Assembly (NCBI GenBank): GCA_963716985.1
Contig: OY970323.1
Span: forward strand, 1,952,001 to 2,016,000
DNA length: 64,000 nucleotides
DNA from: an uncultured bacterium
GTDB lineage: Bacteria; Chlamydiota; Chlamydiia; Chlamydiales; SM23-39
Direction: 5' to 3'
A model generated the notes under the pieces. That model worked only from the letters and a program-made list of their open reading frames with translations. It ran no database searches and was not told where the DNA came from. Made by a program: the position numbers and the translations under genes. Positions 1 through 10,456 of the stretch are shown here, one piece after another. Each line of letters begins with the position of its first letter. Position 1 is the stretch's first letter.

Positions 1-1
1 T

Positions 2-595
2 TATCTAAAAGGCTGCCTTGCTTTTTTTGATCCAACAAAGGTCGTTCTGGACGTAAACGGGGTTGCCTACCGTCTGCAGATTCCCTTAAGAAGTTATTCC
101 GAACTGCCTCCGATCGGCTCCTCTCTTCAGCTTTTTTCTTCCTTTGTCGTACGGGAAGATGCGCAAACTCTCTATGGATTTCTCAAACAGCAAGACCGAG
201 ATCTATTCGAGCTGTTGATCACCATTTCCGGAGTCGGCCCCAAAACGGCCCTTTCTCTCATTGGACACCTGGATTATGAACATTTTTATCGAGCCATATC
301 AGAAGCTGACATTCGGCTTTTGGGCAAAGTTCCGGGAATCGGAAAAAAAACAGCCGAGCGTCTTGTGATCGAAATGAGAGACAAACTCAAAATACTCGAT
401 AAACATTATCCCCTCTCTTCCACACCGACCGATCGCAAAGCATCGGACGCCATTCAGGCGCTCATGAATCTTGGCATACCCGCTTTTGAAGCCCAAAAAG
501 CCGTCAAAACCGCACAAATCAAAGCAGGCGCTGCCGCGGATACAGCCATTCTGATTTCTCTAGCGCTCCGGCAGAGCAGGCAGTCCAAAGAATAA
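2..595 (+). CDS. ruvA: Holliday junction branch migration protein RuvA (5' end lies outside the window)
   Basis: Open frame from the window edge (YLKG...DVNGVAY...VREDAQTLYGF); HhH motifs ISGVGPKTA and VPGIGKKTAERLVIEMRDK; C-terminal DAIQALMNLG. Confidence 0.96.
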   Translation, partial: YLKGCLAFFDPTKVVLDVNGVAYRLQIPLRSYSELPPIGSSLQLFSSFVVREDAQTLYGFLKQQDRDLFELLITISGVGPKTALSLIGHLDYEHFYRAISEADIRLLGKVPGIGKKTAERLVIEMRDKLKILDKHYPLSSTPTDRKASDAIQALMNLGIPAFEAQKAVKTAQIKAGAAADTAILISLALRQSRQSKE

Positions 596-600
596 ATCAT

Positions 601-1299
601 TTATTCATTCTTTGCCCCAAGCAATTCCCATCTACTCAACAGTTTTTCTACATCTCCCCACGGAAGGCGACTACCCTTAGCTCTCATAGCATCAAAACTC
701 CCCGTAGCTTGACTCTTCTGTATCATTTTCTGGTTCAGCAACTCCTCAATGATCCATATCGTTCCATGTACTTCAACTCCTTCCTTTTTTGCTGCGACGC
801 GAAGATCTTTATCTCCGGTCAAAAGGGGGCATTGTTCTTGAAGTGCCAGAGCTAAAGCGGAATGATCCATCATGCTAGGTCGCGGATACTGTTGAGTTAG
901 AAACTCTGTCTTCTTGACCGATTCAGCAGTAAGGCTTTTCTCTTTTAAACCTAAAAACGGCAGTTGAACCGCTCCGCATGGCCTAAAAACTGTAAATTTC
1001 CCTTTCAGGAATCAATTTTATCTTTTACTTTCACGATCACCCAATGGGTGACCGGATAAATTTGAGCAATAACACTGATTTTTAGAGGAGATTCACAAAA
1101 TTTTTGGTTGTGCGGAGCGGTTCAACTGCCGTTTTTAGGTTAAACCGGCCTCCAGAAGATGACTGTGTCGCTCTCTGAGTTCTAATTCAAAAAGGATGTC
1201 AGGGACTGCGATTTCATAAGGAAGTCGAAAAATGACAGGCATTAAATTACCGACTTCCATGTCGATAAGAATATTAGCATCGCTGATGAGTAAGAGCAT
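601..1299 (-). pseudogene. PIN-domain (DUF3368-like) toxin, interrupted by a 190-bp MITE
   Basis: N-terminus MLLLISDANILID (ATG at 1299) and C-terminal LLTGDKDLR...VHGTIWI. Removing 950-1139 plus one TTAAA rejoins ...LEAGL-KEKSLTAE... in frame (167 aa). Confidence 0.88.
950..1139. mobile_element. MITE, 190 bp, 29-bp perfect TIR, 5-bp TSD TTAAA
   Basis: CCTAAAAACGGCAGTTGAACCGCTCCGCA at 950-978 and its reverse complement at 1111-1139; TTAAA at 945-949 and 1140-1144. Confidence 0.92.
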
Positions 1300-2350
1300 T
1301 TCCGTTTTGCACCTGACGAAGAGCTTTTAATTGTGAGAGAGAGCAGGATAACAGCTCTGCGGCTTTTGGTTCCCCAATATACTCTTCACCGAGAGCATGA
1401 AATAGCATTTGGTTAAAGGTATGAGCTTTTTCTGAAGTGACTTCTAATCCAGGCTCTTTACGATGCCACCCCTTCTGTCGGAAACGAATTACAAGGCTTT
1501 TGTAATAGAACTCTTGAATAATCCCCAAATCTCTAAGGCGATAACAAATCGCTCCCATGCTTAATTGAAACTGTTCTTTAAACAGAAGAAGTTCCTGCCA
1601 TTCAATAGCTCGACGTTCTTTTCCCGCCGCTTGAAATACAGCTTCGCGAGGAAATAGAAAAGCGCCTGCAAATCGATTGCAAGCTTGTTCTTCATCCAAT
1701 TTAGGAGAAAGACGATTGATAAAAATATAATGAGCAAGTTCATGAGCCAAATTGAAGCGCTGTCGATCGCCAGGCCATCTTGAGCTAATCACAATGATTG
1801 GCTGATCATTGATAATAGTAGAGAGACCGTCAAAGTATTCTTCATCAATATCGATGATAAACACTCTTATTCCCTGACTTTCAAAAGCATCGGTAAGATC
1901 ATGGATTGGAGCAAGTCCTAGTTTCCAAAGATTACGCAGTTTCTCAGCGACTGACTCTATCTCTTCGGGGCTATTAATTTTCTGAGGTAAATCAGCTGGA
2001 AGTTCAAATACAGGTACCGGAGAAGAAGGATAAAGATTCTCTAATTCTAAGCGACGTTCGATCTGACTAATCACCTCAAATTTAATTGCTTCTTTCGCCT
2101 TTCCATTTAGTTTTTTTCGTTTTCGAAACTTTACATTTTCAAGAGAGACCTTGATTGGACGAAAAAAGAAATCAACGCGAACTTTAAGAGCCTTTGCCAA
2201 CTTTATGAGCATATCTGAAGAGGGATAGACGTCTCCGTCTTCGTATTTTTTAATAGCGGCATGGCTTAAGCTCACAAGATCAGCGAGAGCGCGCAGACTT
2301 AGACCGCCAGCCTTTCTTGCCTGCTGGAGACGAACGCCTAAGTTGTTCAT
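1274..2350 (-). CDS. XRE-family HTH + ImmA/IrrE (DUF955) Zn metallopeptidase fusion
   Basis: N-terminal HTH (GLSLRALADLV...AIKKYEDG); RQRFNLAHELAH (HExxH) and downstream EQACNRFAGAFLFP. Confidence 0.93.
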   Translation of the reverse strand: MNNLGVRLQQARKAGGLSLRALADLVSLSHAAIKKYEDGDVYPSSDMLIKLAKALKVRVDFFFRPIKVSLENVKFRKRKKLNGKAKEAIKFEVISQIERRLELENLYPSSPVPVFELPADLPQKINSPEEIESVAEKLRNLWKLGLAPIHDLTDAFESQGIRVFIIDIDEEYFDGLSTIINDQPIIVISSRWPGDRQRFNLAHELAHYIFINRLSPKLDEEQACNRFAGAFLFPREAVFQAAGKERRAIEWQELLLFKEQFQLSMGAICYRLRDLGIIQEFYYKSLVIRFRQKGWHRKEPGLEVTSEKAHTFNQMLFHALGEEYIGEPKAAELLSCSLSQLKALRQVQNGNALTHQRC

Positions 2351-2383
2351 ATATAGACACCTCTATTTAAGTTCATTCCCGTT

Positions 2384-2423
2384 TAGTTTACATTATGACA
2401 AAAATAGACTATCTTGTAAACTA
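2384..2423 (-). promoter_or_regulatory. sigma70-like promoter overlapped by an inverted-repeat operator upstream of the XRE-ImmA gene
   Basis: Minus strand TTTACA-17 nt-CATAAT; inverted repeat TAGTTTACA (2384-2392) / TGTAAACTA (2415-2423) overlaps the -10 and -35 boxes. Confidence 0.6.
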
Positions 2424-2511
2424 TATGTTTCTTAACGCTGGTAATAATTTTAATCGATAAGCGCATCAGAGAAATGGAGCATCAAAAAAATTTGGGAGAC
2501 TCAAGAATCAA

Positions 2512-3143
2512 TCATAATGGGCGAATGACAATATCTTGCAAATAAGAGTTTTGAAAATTGGTTTTTTGCCCAATTTTTGCTACCCCATCACTCACAAATC
2601 GAGCAGAAAGAGGTTTTTGGAACTTTGCGCTTAATTTTTGCGTGAGCTTCAGAATTTCAAGAACGCGGGAAGGATTTTGATCTACTCCAATGGGATAAGT
2701 GTCTATTCCCACTCCAGAATGAAGGCTTAAAAAAAGATTTCTCTCAATGGAAAAATTCCCTTTTTCATATTCGTTTGCAAGAACTGAATCTTCTAAGCAT
2801 GGAAACATCAGACCACAAAGCCCAACAGGCCTGGGATTAGATTTTTTTATGAATTCTGAAATCGTTGTATAGATATCTGTGGTAGCTGAATGAGAAAAAT
2901 CAAGACCCAACTGGTTGATAAAATGAATGAAGCGGCCCGCTCCATTAAACAAGGGCGCGATCGAAGAATCAATGCCTAGATAACCTTCTAAAGGCGATAA
3001 AAGCTGATCCATTTCTTGCCAGATCATTTTCATGTTGTTGAGCCATTGATTCAGCGTTGTGCAGTTTTTGTCTAAGTTGGTTGGCTGCAGTCCGATACTA
3101 AATCCATTTTTTTCATATTTAGCAGATGGGAAATAGGGACTAG
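2512..3143 (-). pseudogene. DUF711/UPF0210-like protein, 3' portion only (truncated at a MITE)
   Basis: SPYFPSA...GLCGLMFPCLEDSVLA...GVGIDTYP...KPLSARF motifs; this frame meets a stop just beyond the MITE. Confidence 0.7.
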
Positions 3144-3237
3144 TGCTCTGCCATTCTTTAATTTTAGGATAAATTGACTTGAGTTTATGCCGACCGTTGC
3201 CAAACTTATAATCCTAAATTTTAACTATGACAGAGCA
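3144..3237. mobile_element. MITE, 94 bp, flanked by CTAG (copy 1)
   Basis: CTAG|TGCTCTGCCA...TGACAGAGCA|CTAG; near-identical to 15667-15760. Confidence 0.9.
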
Positions 3238-3549
3238 CTAGGCTGCAAACGCGACTTTCAAGATCAAGGTTTTCCTGCCGATCCATCTTAGGAAAAAAAG
3301 ATTCTTCTCCATCCATAGGCACAGAGTTTGGGTCACTCGGAGCTGGCACGTACATGCAACCTTCATTTCTGATTTTGTTTTAAAAAATTTTTTTACAAGT
3401 TGCAATTAGGCTCAAAAAACAAGAAACGCTTTTGTCCTTGAATTCTCAAGGAGCAGCCGCGCATGATCCATTAATGATTTTTTTAAAAAAGAGCTTTTGA
3501 AAATTACTCCTTTTCTCTGCTATTCTGCAAATTATTCAATGATTGAGAT

Positions 3550-4911
3550 ATGGACTTTCACACCAAAGAAGATACGATTGCTGCGATTGCCACTCCTCCA
3601 GGAGAAGGAGCGATTGCCATCGTGCGTCTCTCGGGTCCGAATGCCCTTTCTATCGCAGGCAAGGTTTTCTCCGGCGATCTTTCGCAATTCCAATCCCACA
3701 CTGCCCATTATGGAAAAATACACGATGCAGAAGGGACCGTCGTGGATGCCGTCCTGCTTTTGCTTATGAGGCATCCCAATACCTACACGGGCGAAGATCT
3801 TGTGGAAATTCACTGCCACGGCGGAAGGATGATCACAAGAAAAGTGCTCGAGCTGCTTATAAGCTCCGGCGCCAAGCCAGCAAAACCCGGCGAGTTTACC
3901 CTCCGCGCTTTTTTGAACGGAAAATTGGACCTCTCCCAAGCAGAAGCCGTACAAACCTTCATCGCCTCTCAAAATGAGGTGGCCATGCATGCAGCGTCCC
4001 AGCAATTAGAAGGCTCTCTGTCTAAAAAGATCGAACATTTTCAAAAAACACTCATCGAAACTGCTTCTTTTCTCGAAGCTTGGATCGATTTTCCCGAAGA
4101 AGATCTAGGACAAGAAGACTTGACAAAGATCAGGAATGATCTGCAACAGATTTCTTCTGAAATGCAAAAGCTTGCAGATAGTTTTTATGAAGGAAAAATT
4201 GCCACTGACGGCATTTCGCTTTGCATCGCAGGGCCACCTAACGTGGGCAAATCCTCCCTGTTAAACGCTCTTTTGGGAAAAAATCGCGCCATCGTCTCTC
4301 CTCTTCCCGGAACAACACGCGATCTGATCGAAGAGACCATTCAGGTGGGCTCTCTTCATTTTCACCTCACCGACACGGCAGGCATTCGAAAAACTAAGGA
4401 ACCCGTCGAAAAAGAGGGTATCGATCGCACGCTCTCTACTATGAAAGAGGCAGATCTCATTTTGTTTGTTTTGGATTCCAGCCGGCCTTTGACAAAAGAA
4501 GATTTTGAGCTCATCTCCTCTTGTAACCCCGAAAAAACGCTCTTTCTCTGGAACAAAATCGATTTGGGAATGCCGGAGAGAAGATTTGACCATGGAAGCG
4601 AACTTCTGATCTCCGTCAAGAACAAAATCGGACTCGAAGAACTGAAAAATGCTCTCGAAAAAAAGGTTTGGAAGCGGGGCGTTCCTTCCAAAGAAGAAAT
4701 CATCATCACCAAAGAAAGACACCGCCACGCCCTTCTCCAAAGCATCTCCTGCTGCCGGCAAGCGCAAGAGAGCCTCGAAAAAAAAGCTTCTTATGAATTT
4801 ATCGTCTCCGATCTTAGAAAAGCTCTCGAAGAGCTCAATGCCATCATTGGCCTGAACATCTCGGAAGAAATCCTTACCTCCATTTTTTCTAAATTCTGTT
4901 TGGGAAAATGA
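3550..4911 (+). CDS. mnmE: tRNA modification GTPase MnmE
   Basis: DTIAAIATPPGEGAIAIVRLSG, GPPNVGKSS, GTTRD, DTAG, NKID, C-terminal FCLGK. Confidence 0.98.
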   Translation: MDFHTKEDTIAAIATPPGEGAIAIVRLSGPNALSIAGKVFSGDLSQFQSHTAHYGKIHDAEGTVVDAVLLLLMRHPNTYTGEDLVEIHCHGGRMITRKVLELLISSGAKPAKPGEFTLRAFLNGKLDLSQAEAVQTFIASQNEVAMHAASQQLEGSLSKKIEHFQKTLIETASFLEAWIDFPEEDLGQEDLTKIRNDLQQISSEMQKLADSFYEGKIATDGISLCIAGPPNVGKSSLLNALLGKNRAIVSPLPGTTRDLIEETIQVGSLHFHLTDTAGIRKTKEPVEKEGIDRTLSTMKEADLILFVLDSSRPLTKEDFELISSCNPEKTLFLWNKIDLGMPERRFDHGSELLISVKNKIGLEELKNALEKKVWKRGVPSKEEIIITKERHRHALLQSISCCRQAQESLEKKASYEFIVSDLRKALEELNAIIGLNISEEILTSIFSKFCLGK

Positions 4912-5537
4912 TGAAGAGAAAAGAAAGGGCAAAACTCGTCTATGAAATTCTAAACGAGCTCTTTCCCCACCCAAAGATTCCCCTGATCCACAAAAACCCC
5001 TATACTTTGCTCATCGCCGTACTGCTTTCCGGACACTCGACCGACAAAGCGGTCAACAAAATTGCGCCACTCCTTTTCAAAAAAGCGCCGACGGCAAAAA
5101 AAATGCTGCTTCTTTCACAGAAAGAACTCGAAGAGCTCATTCGTCCTTGCGGCCTTTATAAAAGAAAAGCAAAAGCCATTTTAGACCTCTCTCATATCCT
5201 CATTAAAGAAAACAGAGGGAATATCCCCTCTTCTTTGGAAGAGTTGGAAAAACTTCCGGGCGTGGGACATAAAACCGCAAGCGTCGTTTTGTCTCATGTG
5301 TTTCACACACCCGCATTTCCCGTTGACACTCACATTCACAGATGCGCAAAGAGATGGAAGCTAAGCTCTGGGAAGAATCGGGCAGTGACCGAAAGAGATC
5401 TCAAGCGGCTTTTCCCCAAAAAAGACTGGGGAAAAATCCATTTGCAAATGATCCTTTACGCAAGAAAATTTTGCCCTGCAAGGAACCACCAAATAGAAGA
5501 GTGTCCTATTTGCCGCAAGCTACAGAAGTGCCCATAG
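4908..5537 (+). CDS. nth: Endonuclease III
   Basis: HhH LPGVGHKTA, PVDTH, C-terminal Fe-S cysteine cluster. Confidence 0.95.
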   Translation: MMKRKERAKLVYEILNELFPHPKIPLIHKNPYTLLIAVLLSGHSTDKAVNKIAPLLFKKAPTAKKMLLLSQKELEELIRPCGLYKRKAKAILDLSHILIKENRGNIPSSLEELEKLPGVGHKTASVVLSHVFHTPAFPVDTHIHRCAKRWKLSSGKNRAVTERDLKRLFPKKDWGKIHLQMILYARKFCPARNHQIEECPICRKLQKCP

Positions 5538-6420
5538 ACTGGCCAAAAAGTCCGCGCACCTCGATCTTTTTTTGAGAAGCTTGGATCAGATCTTCGTCAA
5601 AGTGAATATTCCCCCTTTCAAAAAGCATCACAATCGTAGATCCGCCCAGCTCGAAGGTGCCCTTCTCTTCCCCCTTTTTGCATTTTTTGTAAGGGACAAA
5701 ACTCTGGTGGACCTTCCCGACGCAAGTAGCCCCAACCTCGACGAAAAGAACGTTTCCGAAAATGGGAGAAGAGAGAGACGTAATGAATCGTCTGTTTTCC
5801 CAAAAAATCTTCCAACCGCCCTTTAGTGCAATCGGGCTGACCGAATAGAGGGCGCCCCGGATCCCTCGCGCCTCTGTCGGAATGCAATCAAAAGGAAAAT
5901 GAAATCGGTGATAGTCGACGGGAGCCAAACGCGCGATCACCATGGAGCCCTTTTCATATTTTTTTGCAAGAGGGGCATCTTGTAAAAATTGGGGCAGATC
6001 AAAAGATGATCCTTTGATAAAAAATTCATCCGCCTGTCCGATCTCTTGAAACACAAGATAGCGCGCGTCCGCAGGAAGGATGGCTTTTTTTTCATCCCAT
6101 AAAATGGGACGATATTGGGGCTTCAATTGCCGGACAAAAAAATCTGCAAAGGAGCTAAACTCGTCAATGCCTTTGACAAATTCGTGCGCATCGATCGCAA
6201 ATTTGCGTATGAAGGGCAAGATCTTTTTTCGACTTTGTTTTTTGCTTTGAAAATAGGCAAATAGTGCGGACGGAAAGATGGTTTTTGCCATCAAAAATTT
6301 CACTATCTTTGAAAAAAAACCCTCCTTTTCATAAAGAAAAAGCAGGCCCTTTTCGCCAAAAACCTTTTCGGAAAACTCTTTTCCGGAAAGTCGATCGATC
6401 ACTTTGATTTCCGATGGCAT
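5506..6420 (-). CDS. psd: Phosphatidylserine decarboxylase proenzyme
   Basis: RLAPVDYHRFHFP, VGATCVG, GGST self-cleavage motif. Confidence 0.95.
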   Translation of the reverse strand: MPSEIKVIDRLSGKEFSEKVFGEKGLLFLYEKEGFFSKIVKFLMAKTIFPSALFAYFQSKKQSRKKILPFIRKFAIDAHEFVKGIDEFSSFADFFVRQLKPQYRPILWDEKKAILPADARYLVFQEIGQADEFFIKGSSFDLPQFLQDAPLAKKYEKGSMVIARLAPVDYHRFHFPFDCIPTEARGIRGALYSVSPIALKGGWKIFWENRRFITSLSSPIFGNVLFVEVGATCVGKVHQSFVPYKKCKKGEEKGTFELGGSTIVMLFERGNIHFDEDLIQASQKKIEVRGLFGQSMGTSVACGK

Positions 6421-6435
6421 TGCCTTAAGGTCCTC

Positions 6436-6969
6436 TTATGTTTTTTCAAAGCCTTTCACGTCGTTTCTGAGCATAGCATAAATGCAAAGATCCACATACT
6501 TGCCCTTGCTGAAAAGCGCCTCTCTTAAAATGCCTTCAAATGAAAAACCGCATTTTTGCGCTACCGCCATAGCGGCCCTATTATAGTTTGGAATGTGCAA
6601 TTGTAGGCGATTGATTTTTTTTGTAGAAAAGAGATATCGAGAAAAAAGCAAAAGCGCTTCGCCCATCAATCCCTTCCCTCGATCCTGAGGAGAAAAAATA
6701 AAAAAACTCAAATCGAGCATTTCGCTAAAGCCAATTTTATAAAACGAAATAAAGCCCAGCATGCGCTCCTTTCGGTCCAAAAGCAGAATCGATCCCTCTT
6801 GATCTTCCCAAAAGCCCGTCTTCACAAATTTTTGTTTGAATTTGAATTCCGAACTCAAATTGTCGAAAAATAGATTCTCCCCGCTCAAACGCATCTTTTC
6901 TTTGAGGCGAAAAAACTCTTCTAGATCTTTTTCCTTCAGAGGACGAAGAATGATATTTTTACTTTCCAT
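6436..6969 (-). CDS. GNAT N-acetyltransferase (RimJ/RimL type)
   Basis: RGKGLMGEA motif A; NRAAMAVAQKCGFSFEGILR. Confidence 0.9.
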   Translation of the reverse strand: MESKNIILRPLKEKDLEEFFRLKEKMRLSGENLFFDNLSSEFKFKQKFVKTGFWEDQEGSILLLDRKERMLGFISFYKIGFSEMLDLSFFIFSPQDRGKGLMGEALLLFSRYLFSTKKINRLQLHIPNYNRAAMAVAQKCGFSFEGILREALFSKGKYVDLCIYAMLRNDVKGFEKT

Positions 6970-7233
6970 AACTCCCCCCTGTCCTCTTTGAAGCTATTTT
7001 CAAAAAGCAAAATAAACAGGCCATTTCATTTTAAAATATTTTTAGATAAAAAGCAACATTAAACGCTTTAAAGCAAATTTTTTTTAGAATGTATTTTCCT
7101 GAGCCATCGATCTTTGCGCCAAAGAATAAAAATTAAACCTTACGCTTGCCGAAGAATTCGGCTTTTCCGCCTCTTCTCCTTGAGAGAAATGGAATTTTGT
7201 TATAAAATTTTATCATCCAATGAAGAAGTCCTT

Positions 7234-10200
7234 ATGTTTGCATTCTTAAAGAAAATTTTTGGAACCGCCCAGGGGCGATTGCTCAAGAGATATTCCGGAA
7301 TTGTCACCGACATTAACGAATGGGAAAAGAAATTCCAAGCTCTTTCTGAAGAAGAGCTGAAGCAAAAAACCTTCGAATTTAAAGAAAGATTCCAGAAAGG
7401 CGAGTCGCTCGATGCGCTTCTCCCCGAAGCCTATGCTGCGATCAAGAACGCTTGCCGGCGCCTTTGCGGCACCGACATCCACGTCTTTGGATATGATCAA
7501 AAATGGGATATGATTCCCTATGACGTTCAGATGCTGGGCGCTATTGCCATGCATTATGGATCGATTGCCGAAATGCAGACGGGAGAAGGAAAAACATTAA
7601 CCGCTTCGCTTCCTCTTTATCTCAACGCTCTTTCCGGCAAACCTGTGCACCTGGTTACCGTCAATGATTATCTGGCCAAACGCGATTGCGAATGGATCGG
7701 CATCATCTTCCGATATCTGGGCTTAAGCGTCTCTTCTCTAACCAACGACACTCCTCTGCATAAAAGAAAAGAGGTCTATGCAGCCGACATCGTCTATGGA
7801 ACATCGTCGGAGTTCGGTTTCGATTACCTGAGAGACAATTCCATGGCCTCTTCGTTAGAAGAGCAGGTGCAGCGCAAGCCCTACTACTTTGCCATCGTCG
7901 ATGAAATCGACTCCATCCTGATCGACGAGGCAAGAACGCCTCTCATTATTTCCGGACCCTCCGATGTCAATCGCCAGATGTACGACACCTTGAAAGACGG
8001 CGTTGCTACACTCGTCAAACTGCAAAGAGATCTATGCAACCGTTTGGCAACGGAAGCGAGAAAAACACTGGAATCCTTAGGCGTCGTAAAAGAAGAGCCG
8101 GCCCCGCCCAGGCTTTCCAAAGAAGAGCAGGAGCTGGCAGAAGAGGCGTTTCGCAAGCTTTGGCTCGTAAGCAAAGGCACGCCGCGCCATAAGATCTTGA
8201 TGCGTTTGAAAGAAAATCCCGACCTTCGTGCCGCAATCGACCGCTGGGAGACCCACTTTTATTCCGAACAAAGCAAAGAAGAGAAGATCAAGGCTCTGGC
8301 GCACCTCTTCATCATCGTCGATGAAAAAGCCAATGAATATGAGCTCACAGATCGAGGCATCCATGCATGGGCGGAAATGCACCCAAACAACGAGGGCAGC
8401 GACGATTTCGTAATGCTCGATTTAGGCTACGAATATGCCAAAATCGAAGGAGATCTTTCCTTGAGCGAACAGGAGAGAATGGAGCGCAAGGTGCGCGTTC
8501 GAGAAGAGGATGCGAACCGAAAGGAAAGGGCGCACAATTTGCAGCAGCTTTTCAAAGCGCATCTTCTCATGGAAAAAGACGTCGATTATATCGTCCAGGA
8601 AAACAAGATCATCATCATCGATGAAAATACAGGACGACCGCAACCGGGGCGCAGATTCTCCGATGGCCTTCATCAAGCAATCGAGGCCAAGGAATCGGTT
8701 GCCATTCAAGGGGAAACTCAGACCTACGCAACGATCACCTTGCAAAATTATTTCCGCATGTATGAAAAGCTCTCCGGCATGACGGGAACCGCCATGACGG
8801 AAGCCAATGAATTTAAGGAAATTTACAAGCTTGAGGTCGTTGAAATTCCCACTTACTGTTCCTGCAACCGCAACGATGCAGATGATGAAATCTACATGAC
8901 GGAGAGGGAAAAATACAATGCGATCATCAAAGAGATACTCTTCATCCATAATCAAGGAAGGCCGATCCTTATTGGAACGGAGTCGGTCGAGATCTCAGAA
9001 AAGCTTTCCCGCATCTTAAAACAAAACCACCTGCCCCATACCATTCTCAACGCAAAAAACCATTCCAAAGAAGCCGAAATCATCGCAGAGGCAGGAAAGA
9101 GAGGGGCGATCACGCTTGCCACCAACATGGCAGGAAGGGGAACAGACATTAAGCTCGCTTGCGAGGTCAAAGATCTCGGCGGGCTTCACGTCATTGGAAC
9201 CACGCGCCACCAGTCCAGACGAATCGACCGCCAGCTGCGCGGACGATCCGGCCGTCTGGGAGATCCCGGATCTTCCAAGTTTTACGTCTCCTTTGAAGAC
9301 TCTCTCATGCGGCTCTTTGCCTCTCCCCGCTTAACATCCATGCTGCAAAGATTTCGTCCTCCCGAAGGAGAGCCCATCTCGGCAAAAGTTTTAAACAAAT
9401 CGATCGAAACCGCGCAAAAAAGAATCGAACAGCGCAACTACATGATCCGCAAACACACGTTGGAATATGATGACGTCATGAATCGGCAAAGGCAGGAAAT
9501 TTACTCCTTCCGCAATGAACTTCTCTCAAGCAACGATCCCATTTCTCTTGCTAAAGAGCTCCTGACCATCGTCTCTTTCGCAGTGATTCCCCAATATTTT
9601 ACCAATCGTTTTTCAGAAAAGGATTGGAGAGCAGAAGAGTTTCGCCAATGGATCTTAGTGCATTTTCCGGTCCATTTTGAAAAGGGCGCATTTGACGGGG
9701 AAAAGGTCGATCTCGAGCAGATCGAGCAGCTGGTCAGCGAAAAAATCGTCTCAGCGTTTGTCCAAAAAATCGCGTTTCAAAAACAGATGATCCTGCACCT
9801 TCATCCCAACGGAAACGAGGAAGATACGATCTCCTTTTTGAACAATGTGATTCGCAACATCATGATTCGAAAAATCGATCATCTCTGGCAGGAGCATCTG
9901 CTTTCCATCGATCATCTGAGGGCCGACGTGCACCTACGCGTTGTGGGACAGCGCGATCCTCTTTTGGAATTCAAGCATGAGGCCTTTGCTCTTTTTGACC
10001 ATTTCTCCCAACGGGTCAAGCTCGAGATAGCAGAAGACTTTTTCCGCTTTGAGCTCATCCCTCCCCAACAAAAAAAGGTACAAGAAATACTCTCGCAGCT
10101 CCAAATGGACAAAGAGCGCTCGTTTGTTCCTCAGCCCACGCAAGAAGCTCCTCCTAACGAAGGAGAGGTCCCGGCAGCTGTCTCTTCAAGCCCTGCCCAT

Positions 10201-10284
10201 GCAGAAGAGAAGATCGGACGCAATGATAACTGTCCCTGCGGCAGCGGAAAGAAGTATAAAAAGTGCTGCGGAATTCCTTCTTAA
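7234..10284 (+). CDS. secA: Preprotein translocase ATPase SecA (likely start MFAFLKK at 7234)
   Basis: MQTGEGKT, VTVNDYLA, DEIDSILIDEARTPLIISG, TNMAGRGTDI, C-terminal SEC-C motif CPCGSGKKYKKCC. Confidence 0.98.
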   Translation: MFAFLKKIFGTAQGRLLKRYSGIVTDINEWEKKFQALSEEELKQKTFEFKERFQKGESLDALLPEAYAAIKNACRRLCGTDIHVFGYDQKWDMIPYDVQMLGAIAMHYGSIAEMQTGEGKTLTASLPLYLNALSGKPVHLVTVNDYLAKRDCEWIGIIFRYLGLSVSSLTNDTPLHKRKEVYAADIVYGTSSEFGFDYLRDNSMASSLEEQVQRKPYYFAIVDEIDSILIDEARTPLIISGPSDVNRQMYDTLKDGVATLVKLQRDLCNRLATEARKTLESLGVVKEEPAPPRLSKEEQELAEEAFRKLWLVSKGTPRHKILMRLKENPDLRAAIDRWETHFYSEQSKEEKIKALAHLFIIVDEKANEYELTDRGIHAWAEMHPNNEGSDDFVMLDLGYEYAKIEGDLSLSEQERMERKVRVREEDANRKERAHNLQQLFKAHLLMEKDVDYIVQENKIIIIDENTGRPQPGRRFSDGLHQAIEAKESVAIQGETQTYATITLQNYFRMYEKLSGMTGTAMTEANEFKEIYKLEVVEIPTYCSCNRNDADDEIYMTEREKYNAIIKEILFIHNQGRPILIGTESVEISEKLSRILKQNHLPHTILNAKNHSKEAEIIAEAGKRGAITLATNMAGRGTDIKLACEVKDLGGLHVIGTTRHQSRRIDRQLRGRSGRLGDPGSSKFYVSFEDSLMRLFASPRLTSMLQRFRPPEGEPISAKVLNKSIETAQKRIEQRNYMIRKHTLEYDDVMNRQRQEIYSFRNELLSSNDPISLAKELLTIVSFAVIPQYFTNRFSEKDWRAEEFRQWILVHFPVHFEKGAFDGEKVDLEQIEQLVSEKIVSAFVQKIAFQKQMILHLHPNGNEEDTISFLNNVIRNIMIRKIDHLWQEHLLSIDHLRADVHLRVVGQRDPLLEFKHEAFALFDHFSQRVKLEIAEDFFRFELIPPQQKKVQEILSQLQMDKERSFVPQPTQEAPPNEGEVPAAVSSSPAHAEEKIGRNDNCPCGSGKKYKKCCGIPS

Positions 10285-10456
10285 TTTTATTTCAATTTCA
10301 AAGCAAAAGGCATCAAGAAATAGAACAAAAGATTTGGGTGCATCTATTTTGTGACGACCCAAGTTTTTATAGATAAAATTTAAAAAAAATTATTTGCATA
10401 AAAATTCTTTTTTTCCGAACATATCAACCTTTGATTTTATAAGTCGTCCCTTTGAC

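Noticed and set aside
7114..7233. N-terminal extension of SecA
   Set aside because: Artefact of an upstream TTG; the typical start is MFAFLKKIFG at 7234.
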